DNA of 55,145 nucleotides, the filler included, from Bipalium vagum (taxonomy: Eukaryota): the NCBI GenBank assembly GCA_037834085.1. It is 2 parts of 2 records of this genome, joined end to end, with 100 filler letters (N's around TTAATTAATTAA, not from the genome) between each part and the next. Parts side by side here need not be neighbours in the genome. Positions count along the whole stretch, not along the records: positions 1 to 29,901 come from JBBMKC010014981.1; positions 30,002 to 55,145 come from JBBMKC010196720.1. One strand, written 5' to 3'. The number at the start of each line of letters is the position of its first letter. Position 1 is the first letter of the stretch. Of the stretch, positions 26,860-36,350 are shown in pieces. The notes beneath the pieces are model-generated. The model worked only from the letters and a program-made list of their open reading frames with translations. It was not told the DNA's origin and made no database searches. Made by a program: the position numbers and the translations under genes.

Positions 26860-27843
26860 ATATCTTAAATGGCGTCCTACTTCATCCCACATATGTTCTA
26901 TTGGTGACAAATCTGATGATCTTGATGGGCACGGTAGAACCTGAATTTAATTCAGTTTCGACATAACAACTTTTGCTTTGTGAGGCCTGGCATTATCTTG
27001 TTGGAAGATCAAATTTTTCCCTTTCACAATTGGTAAGACGTGTGGCAGAATAATTTCATTTATATATTGTTTGTCTGTCATTGTACGTGAAACAACAACG
27101 ATTTCTGTACGATTATTCTACCACATACCGGCCCATACCATTACACTGCCTACTCCATAACGGTCGTGCTGTAGGATACAGCAATCGGCATAATACTCAT
27201 TTTTCATTCTTCTAACTCGAATTTGGCCATCATGGGAATCTAGCGAAAACCTTGATTCGCCAGTTCATAAGATATTCTGCCACTGTTCAGCCCAATACTG
27301 ATGATCAGGAGCCCACTGAAGCCTTGAAACTCTGTGATAGTGTTTAAGAGGAATTGTGATGGCAGGATAACACGATTTATATCCAGCATCAAGGACAATT
27401 CGTCTTTCGGTACCTAAGGAGCGGGTTAATTTATTCACCTTAATCCATTCATTTCCAACTTTGGTCACCGGCTTGAAACGATTTCTTTTGACACACAAAA
27501 CCAAAGCTGCTTTTTGTTTTTCTGTTGTTCTGGAAGGACGGCCAGATTCAGTCTTTTTGTCGACATTCCTTTCTTTATGAAATTGGTCCCACCATTTTTG
27601 GATTCTACTACTTGTTACACTAATTCTCTATGCCACATTCCTGATGCTCATCCAGTCTCCAATAATCGACATAGAAAGACTTTTTGAAACTCTGATAATT
27701 ATACCATTATTTACAGCAATAAGTGAATAAAAAGTAATGTATATATAATCGAAATCAAATTCCACAACGTAATGTCTATATGAAGCCTCAAATATAATAA
27801 AAGCCTCATAATAAAAGTGTACTACTTTTTTTCGCCATCAATA
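26860..27843 (-). mobile_element. Decayed Tc1-like DD34E element
   Basis: FQQDNARPH (~26980-27007), PSRSSDLSPIEHMWDE (~26880-26930), HRVSRLQWA..WQNIL, GESRF and SGRP motifs. Confidence 0.85.
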
Positions 27844-28079
27844 TATTAAAAGTGAAACATGTAGCTACGCCACTGGAACTGCTTTGTGAGTCATTAATCA
27901 CGATCAATTCATCCAAAATTTCGACTAATTCTTCGTTCAATGGACTTCGTTCAATCTTCTAATATTTCGATTTCTTAAATATCAAAATCATGGAATTCTT
28001 TTCCACATATTTCACGACAAATGTTAATCGTCATAATGTTAAAATATTAAAAATATGTTAACCATATCGATAAAATTTT

Positions 28080-28480
28080 GATCAATTAATATTCTTTCAA
28101 ATGAAAAAATATTCCGTTTTGATGGACCGAACAAGTATAACACCTGATGCTTTGACGATGAGAAAACCTGTCGAAAAAAGCGACAAATGGGTGGAGGTTG
28201 AATTATAGTTCATGGAACTTTGGCGTCTGATGGGTACTTATGATTAGTAAGAGTTGAAGGAAATATAAATGACGATAAATACCTGGACATTCTAAATGAA
28301 CTATTTGCCGTACTTAAACGCAAATACAAAAAAATTTATTTATGCACGACTCTGCTTTAGCAAAGACATGTGCAACTGTTACAGATTATATGAAATCCAA
28401 AAAAGTTAAAGTCCTACCTTGGCCATCGAAAAGTCCAGATTAAAACATAATAGAAGATGTCTGGTATTTAATCTCGAGAA
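28080..28480 (+). mobile_element. Tc1-like transposase remnant
   Basis: LVRVEGNINDDKYLDIL and VLPWPSKSPD*NIIEDVW. Confidence 0.65.
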
Positions 28481-28930
28481 AATGTGATTCATCTCTTTTT
28501 CCGTCTTATTTTTATTTTGCCGTTCTCTCTTATGTTCTTCTCTCGGCATCAATGGTTTAAAATCATTGTTGATATCGTCCAAATCGACATGTGAAAACTT
28601 GCAAATTTCCCTATACCTCTTAAACTGGCCTTCCAATCTCTTGGATTCTTCATCATCGGATTCTTTACTCTCTACCGTTGACATTTCTATTTCGTTAGAC
28701 CAATCCTCTTTGGGTTTTGCTTCTACCTGTATTCTCTTCTGCTCCACCTTACTTGCGGTAGCCTTTTCCTCAGGCCCAAACCTCAATTCCATGAATCTTA
28801 CTATTCATTTTTTCATGTGGGTAGTTTTCCTGTTTCTGAACCTCTTTCCATATGCCTATTAAATCTTTCATCAGATCATCTATGCATCTATTTCCTACCA
28901 CTATCCACACTCTCAGCATAATTGATACAT
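28480..28930 (-). pseudogene. Unidentified charged coding-like fragment (possibly from a retroelement ORF1/gag)
   Basis: The 128-aa ORF 28406-28792 is Glu/Lys-rich. Its last ~25 codons run into the antisense Tc1 remnant. No diagnostic motif. Confidence 0.3.
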
Positions 28931-29901
28931 TTGTTGTAAGCAAAACATCCTCTCTTGTCTGTCATCTTCCGGTTGACATAATACTGGACCAGCATATGTA
29001 ATAACACTGTTCCATCTCTTCAAAACCGTCTTGATTAGTGGTAATTTTTCCAGATTCCAGTACTCTCTAATCAAATTACGGTCTATTCAGATAGTTTCCA
29101 AAACCTTTTTAACATCTGTGGAAATCATCAATCAAAAAGAAAAGAAGTAAAAAAACAAGTGGTGGGGAAGATTATAGTTTGTCATCAAAAATTGATTCAG
29201 TTGGTAAGGAGAATTGCAATCAAACATTTTAATTACATCACGACTTTTATTTTTGATTTTATCAACAAACATTTTAATGATTATGTTTTGTTTGTGATTT
29301 TAGAATGATAAATATTCAATTTGATTTAAATAATTAAATAAATAAAATAATAATAATAATAAAAGTAAAACAAACTAGGAAAAATAATAAAGGAAAAGAA
29401 TGTAACCTGAAGGCATATCCACAAAAAACAAGACAAGCAGCGAACAGCAAGCAGCGAACAGCAAGCAGCCATCAGGTTCGGATCTAAAAAATATTCATAA
29501 ATTAATAAAAATAATATTAAATAAACCTGTGGGAAGAAATAGAAATGTCCTAGTACCTAAAAAATAAAAATAATAATGAACAATAAAATAAAACAACCTA
29601 CACAAAATCAATTAGAGTTAAGTGGCATAATAATAAGTGGGAAAATAATATAATGGGCTTAAGACATAAGCACCAAAATAAAATAATAAGAACTATAATC
29701 GATAAAAAAATCAATATTATAACGATAATAAAACATGTTAATTAAAATATACCAAAATAATGTTAAGATCCTAAGTTGATAGATAAAAATGATTTTTAAA
29801 GGTCGGAGCGTGTATATGACTTAAGTCTCAACGGTTGAAGGTTGCTTTTGCTCGTGTTCGTCTTTAATTAAAATTCACTGAGAAAACAAATTTTTAATTC
29901 A

Positions 29902-30001
29902 NNNNNNNNNNNNNNNNNNNNNNNNNNNNNNNNNNNNNNNNNNNNTTAATTAATTAANNNNNNNNNNNNNNNNNNNNNNNNNNNNNNNNNNNNNNNNNNN
30001 N
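29902..30001. other. Assembly gap with artificial linker (44 N + TTAATTAATTAA + 44 N)
   Basis: Exactly 100 bp, with a centred 12-mer that gives stops in all six frames. Confidence 0.95.
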
Positions 30002-31420
30002 TGTTTGCAAATATATTGTTTGGTGTTGATATTATTTAAGTTTTAAAATGCGACAATTTCATCGTGGACAAGCTTTATTATATTTATCGAGGATTGTTTT
30101 AATTATTGCCATTAAATAATCAACTTAAACAAAATAATGATTATTATTATTTTCTAATTATAACTTTGTATCACTAACAAAAACCATTAATCAATTGTTC
30201 GTTCAAAACTCGACAAAGTTGAGACAAAATGGAGAGAAATATTTATTTCTAAACGATTTTTTTTTAAATATAAAAAATATAAATAAATAATATTATCCAA
30301 TAAAAGCAAAACCTTAATATTGAACTTGGACATCGTTTTCGCTGAATTTTCAAAGGAAAATCTTTAAAATAACAGTACAATTTTTTTAGTCCTCTATTTT
30401 TTGTTGTTGCTTTTTTTTTAATTTCCAAAAGAGAATGTTTCAAAAGAAAAAAGTTTTAAAACATTCCAAATAAATAAAAACAGTGGAGATAAAGATAAAA
30501 ATCCGTCTCAACAGAGAGATAGATGGGGGAAAAAGTCGTACTATGTGGTAAAAGACGGGTGGGTTTTTTATTTGCATTCTTCAGCTGGAAAAAGCCGGAA
30601 AAATGATAAGTAAAAAAGAAAAATATAAATTATTCAATTAGCAATGGTGAAATGAAGTGCTGAAAGTTTCGAAATCAAAATAGATATCGATAAATGATTT
30701 TCTTCGACGAATGTCAAATTATTTTTGACGGCAATGACAATTACATGACGTGGAAAAAGCATTCATTTGATAATTTTATGGGAATTTTGCACAGGTCTTA
30801 TTATGGTTTGGAAGTTGCTTCATTTGTTCAGGGAGAAATTATTCTCTATCAGATGGAAAGAAAGTCTAGCGATGTTGGAGACATAATACTATCAAAATAT
30901 CAAAAAAAAAAAAGGGAAGAAGAAATGATTTTTCAGATAACTACAACTTTTATAAATCGTATCAGTTTATGTTAGGATTTGTGTAATTCTTTTCAATTAA
31001 TTATGGGCAAATAATTGAAATAGTTTTTTATTTTATTATTCGATTTATAATTGGTTATCGTGAGGAATGGGATAGTGTATTAGGGAAAATTACTGCTGTT
31101 ATTTGTTAAAGATTGGACAATAATGTTCAAAAGTTTTGCATGGTTAAGGAGTTGTAACAACAACCAAAAACTTATTTGGTAATTATTGCCAATTGAAGAG
31201 TTTTAAAGTACGAGAATTCTAAACCAATGCTGGAAATAAGATTGGTTTTTTGAAATGGAACGCTAGCCATTTCAAGGGTTAAGCTAGATTTGAGGAACCT
31301 GGCGTTCATGAAGAAACAGAAGACTGGTGGATAAATTGAGCTTTATCTGTTATATTTTTGGACACAATGGACTTTCTTATTTGAAAATCATTGGTTATGT
31401 CATACTGAAAAATCCGCACA

Positions 31421-31457
31421 TTATTATTAATAATATTATTATTAATATTATTATTAA

Positions 31458-31490
<33 letters not shown>
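31421..31490. repeat. (ATT)n / TATTATTAA microsatellite
   Basis: Directly visible tandem repeat. Confidence 0.9.
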
Positions 31491-32639
31491 CAATTAAATA
31501 TATATTTTTAAATAATATTAAAATACTAATATTAAATATAGAATATTTGTTTTAATTTTTTCCCAAACTCATTTCTAGTCATAAAAAAACAGTACCATTT
31601 TTGTAAATTTAATAAAATTGATTATAAATTTTATTATTTTTTTTTATTTTCAAAAAACTTTAACCAATTATTGATAGAAAATTCATTGAAAATTAAAAAT
31701 TATTTTAGAGTATATCATTGGAAGAGAAGAAATATTTTTATGAGAAATATTATGATTATAATATTATAATTAATTATAAGTTTTAATTATAAGTCGATTT
31801 TTGTTATTTGTCGATTTTCCGTTAATTTATTAAATAATTTCAATAATTTAATAATAATAAAGAAAATAAAATCCGAAAATTTATCTGCAACATTTTTTTA
31901 GAACCGAAGAATGAAATACAAAAAAGATGTTATATCAAAAACTCAAGACTTTCCCGTCTAGTGGGCATCGGATAAAAAACGAAACTGAAAGACCAAAAAC
32001 ATTATTTTCTTCGGAAAAACTGTTAAAACTTGTACATTTATGTTTAGAAATTAAAAGATGATTTACATTTCATTTTGTGGTTTTTATAATTTAATGAAAA
32101 TTTTATTAATGAAATTGGTTTGAGAAAATTAAATTAAAAAAATAATAAATAATAACTGCATTATCAATAATTAATAATTATTTTAATTTTAGATATAATC
32201 AGGTTTGGAGAAAACTTTATCAATATTCTAAACTCCGTTGTTTTTATATGTGGAAAAAATAATTGATAAATATTTTTAATATTGAAATAAATTTTTTGCA
32301 AATGAAATAACAACTACTGACAAACGGTAATTAGTAGTATCTAATGTCATGTCTGTCCGGAGATAAGTTTTACACTTAAAGTCTGGAGCGGCAAATCGTT
32401 TGATTGTCGTCTTTTTTTTTTGAAAAGTTTTATGCCTTATTATCGGGTAACATCGTTTTCTGTGAGTTTCTGTGAATTCTGAAATTTCTTGTTGGTCCCA
32501 TTTAGAGAGATTCATTTCAATTTGTATGAATTATGGCTTACTTGACGGAGGCTGCAGCTTTTCGGACAGAAAAAGATTCTGAATTCGATGACTGTTATTT
32601 AATTTTCATTTGAAATAATTTATTGGAATTTTCATTGGA

Positions 32640-34071
32640 TTCGTTTTGCCAATCGTAAACCATCTCTGTTTCTGCCTCTTTTTTATTCTCGCTCGTTCTC
32701 TCTCTGTCTTTCTCTCTATGAAAACCGACTAAATTTCAGTTGAATATTGATTTATGTAGAACCTTCTCTCAAGGAGACAGTGACACATGTAACATAATCA
32801 ATTGGTATTTTTTGTTTTAAATGTAATTCTGTGATACCAGCTAATGTGTAAATATGTCTCAAATGATGGCCGAAACCGAATTATCATCCATATGATGTCA
32901 TTAAAACAATTTATCAACAATTGTCAAGTAAAATATGCAATTTCTTAATTTTTCATCTTTTATCAAGCGAAACTGGTGATTACGACATACTTTTCTAATC
33001 ATTTCCTGCGCCATTAGGTTGACACTTGGAAAAAAAGTATATCGGCAAAATCAATGATAATATCATGCTGTACCATAATCAATGTAAATAATAACCAGCA
33101 TTTAGTTGGGATCTTTCCAGCACAAAGGAAATTGAATTCCATGAATTATTAATGAATCGTTTGGTTTTCTCTCTTTCTCTATACCCAATCAACATTATAA
33201 TTTGAAAACAATAATGGTTAATAGTATGATTGTCATCCTATGTGAATCGCCACGTCCTACTAGTGGTCGCATTTCGTCAAAATGATCAAAAAAATTTTAC
33301 TTTGAATTTACCGAAACCGCTTGTTGAAAAATTATTGATAATAAAACCAGACGCATACAAATAATAACAACAACAATAGCAGTATAGATATATTGGCATA
33401 TATCTACAGACAAACAGAGACATACATGACGCGGTTTTTGAAAGCCAGCATTCAAGGAATGCAAACACAAGCAAACGCACACATACAAATGGACAGAGAA
33501 ACATACATTCACACGATCATGGTGATATGACAAGCTCTTTGATATGTGAAAGACCAAGAAGAAAATTGATAGGTCCACAGACACACATACACGCCATCCC
33601 GTCACCCCGCATGATCAAAGCTGTCAAGTCACAAAATAACCAAAAAATAAAAGACGCCGCCTTTTCGGCAATTTTCAAACGTTTTATTGTCGGAACCAGA
33701 AATGATTTCAACCGAACCGATTTTCTGTGACCGTATGTGTGTGTGTGAATGTCGATGTGCATGTTCGTTTGTCGACGTGTGTGATTAGGTTAGTATGAAG
33801 AAATATTTGTGGAAGAAGAACCACCATTCTCATTATATTCTTTTGATGGACCAATCGATGAGCCACATTTTCGGTTTTTTACCAATATTTCACCATTTCC
33901 CATCACAGTGTTGCATGGTGCTGTCGTGTGTGTTTGTTTGTGTTAGTGTGTGTATTGGCACATAAATACACCAAATAAATCAGCAGCTTTGAAGTTGCCG
34001 CACCAGTCAAATCGCCGTCTAGGATTTGTGGATTCCAGAAGGAATTGTTTTTCATTACTTATACCATAACG
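32640..34071 (+). promoter_or_regulatory. Putative promoter/enhancer region and first non-coding exon of the mir-10 host transcript
   Basis: No recognisable TE, relatively GC-rich, with CT, CA and GT dinucleotide tracts. TATA-like CATAAATA at 33961-33968 and a strong donor ACG|GTGAGT at 34071/34072, about 190 bp upstream of the hairpin. Confidence 0.5.
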
Positions 34072-34247
34072 GTGAGTGAATCGACTTCATAGGAAATAGT
34101 ATTAACTTCATTTTTTATTTTTCTTTAGTGCTCTTAGTCTGGTTCCACTTTTATTGATATATTTATAATAGGTTGAATTTTGTTAAACGAAAATGGATAT
34201 TTCTGTCAGTTTGTCGTTTAAGTTTCATTTTCAACCGCTTTTGTCAT

Positions 34248-34352
34248 TGTCACATATCTGAACCCTGTAGATCCGAGTTTGATGTCGTATATGGGCTTTG
34301 TGTTCTTATTCATAACGATCAAAATCGAATCTTCATGGTGAAGCTTGTGACA
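34248..34352 (+). ncRNA. mir-10: microRNA mir-10 hairpin (mature 5p ~34261-34282, star 3p ~34320-34342)
   Basis: 5p AACCCTGTAGATCCGAGTTTGA closely matches canonical miR-10 (UACCCUGUAGAUCCGAAUUUGU). The 3' arm ATCAAAATCGAATCTTCATGGT pairs with it with few mismatches. Basal stem TGTCACA/TGTGACA, basal TG at 34248-49, apical TGT at 34283-85 and CNNC (CATC) at 34358-61. Confidence 0.93.
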
Positions 34353-35829
34353 AAAGCCATCATCAAAACAATTCGGGAAATGGGTAGAATTATAAAATTT
34401 GGTAAATATTTTTTTATTTAGGGTGCTGGAAATTCACTGAGAGCGAAGAATCCATATTTTCCATGAGTAGATAGAATCTCGAGTCCAATTTTGTTCAGGT
34501 AATTTGTGATCTATTTCTACAATGTCTTTATTAATTTTTCTCTGAAATAGTCTATTACTGATTAAAACTAAAGTCAATATTGATCAGATTCAGTGATTTT
34601 TAATCGATTTACTATAATAATTTCCATGCAATAGTTTAATAATAGACAAAAATAGATAAAATTCGTTTCCTATTGATTCCTAAACAAAATAAATAATTTC
34701 TCTTTCATTATATAAATTGGGCGTCTTTGTCAAATTATTTTTTATAATGATCATTTTACAATTCTCTCTAATGATTGCCGCATTTATCACTTGAATTAAA
34801 ACGATTTTGTAAATAATCTTTTCAATGAATTTATCAATGATAAAACTATACGGGAACTGGTTATATTCCCAGTTTATTCTGTTTAATATTTTTTGTCTGG
34901 AAAAATTGCATTGCACTTATTGAATTTATGATATTTTCTAAAATTAAAACAATAATCGTTAAATTGGGTCAAGAATTTCATTGTCTCAGAAAGTGCAGAA
35001 ATGGCATTAGCTAGTTGAGTTATGAAATTAATTTCATTTAGTTCCAAAACTGGATGGATAAGAATAAAATTAGCTAAAACCAAATCTGTTGGAGAGAGGG
35101 ATAAAAGGGTAACTTGGGTTTGTTTGGTTTTCAAAAAAATATACCGTTTTCCGAACCATTAATCAAAACAAACTACTTTAGGTATTACAGTAAAACGTTA
35201 AAAATCTATAAAAGAAATTTATGAAGTTTTATTAGACTTAAATACTTTTGACTAGATCGATTAAGTACTACTGTAGTTTCCCTTTACCACTTACTTTCCT
35301 ATCAAAAGATATTGATATCTTCATTTATTTAATACATATCACCAAATTCCATTTGTAGATTTGAAAATCATAGCTGGTGAGTATATCATTAAATTGAAGA
35401 AAATCTTTGACCGAAAAACCATTCAACTTTCTATAAATAGTCTTTAGTTATTAAAATTTCTCTTTGAATTTTGCGGAATCAAAATATGAAAGAAATTGTT
35501 TCAAATTGGGGTTCCATTTCTGAAGCAGTTTCTATATTATGCCTTCTTTACTTTCTGTGGCATAATATTCCATTTTATTTTCTGCTTCTGAAGCAAATCG
35601 TCCAAGATGTCTTGAAATGCAATTCGTTTCTCAATATCACTTATTTTCACCCTTTTGGTCTCTTTTCCAATTAATGTTCAATAAAAAATACATTTAAACA
35701 AATTTTTAAAACAGCGTCACCTCTCACACGTTTACGACAGTTTTTTAAAAAATTGAAATTTACCTGAACTAAATAAGTGAAAGACAAAATTTGACAGTGC
35801 ATTATTCGAAACAAGTAAAAATTATCAGA

Positions 35830-36350
35830 ATAGAATCTTTCAAAAATTATAGGTTCTACCGGAAAAAGAGTTGTGACTCAAACTCACAGCTTGGTGATAG
35901 AAGAGTTTTATAATAAAGAGACACAATGTTCAATAAGATAAAGCTGAGCATCAAAGAATAGGTAAAAGTCATTTATTTGATTTTATTTCATATTATATTT
36001 TTCCATCGAAATGGACGACCTCGTTTTATTTTCGTCTTCATGATCTTCATTCTCCACTCGTATTTAATCTCCAAAATACTTAACAGACTCCAGAAAAATA
36101 CCGAAATAACTTTCCATAATATATATATGCCCAATATCATTTGTAAAGTGGTATAATTTTCACAAGTCTCGGTGTCGTATTGAATTTCTGTATTTCGCAG
36201 AATTCAATCTTAATCGCTGCTTCCATGAAATGTAATATTTAGAATTTATTATCTGAAAAAGTTTTTCGTTAACTTTCAAGATGTAGAGAGTTATTAACTA
36301 AACAAATAGCGGAGATGAAACGCGGTTTTTGTATGATCTATTCAGTTAGC
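35830..36350 (-). mobile_element. Highly decayed mariner N-terminal remnant
   Basis: Minus-strand ED..RGRP-like motif at ~36010-36045. Confidence 0.3.

Noticed and set aside
29436-29470. AAGCAGCGAACAGC tandem duplication as a CRISPR-like or functional repeat
   Set aside because: About 2.5 adjacent units with no spacers, in eukaryotic DNA; ordinary slippage.
33286-33762. Overlapping Cys/Val/His-rich ORFs
   Set aside because: By-products of CA/GT dinucleotide tracts, with no domain.
33909-33919. TGTTGCATG-GT resembling the 3' end of the trematode spliced leader
   Set aside because: Only the terminal ~9 nt match. The rest of the leader and an Sm site are not evident.
33928-33982. Small hairpin GTGTATT-GGCACATA-AATACAC as a second miRNA
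   Set aside because: The stem is short and asymmetric and matches no miRNA family I recognise. It overlaps the TATA-like motif and GT tract.
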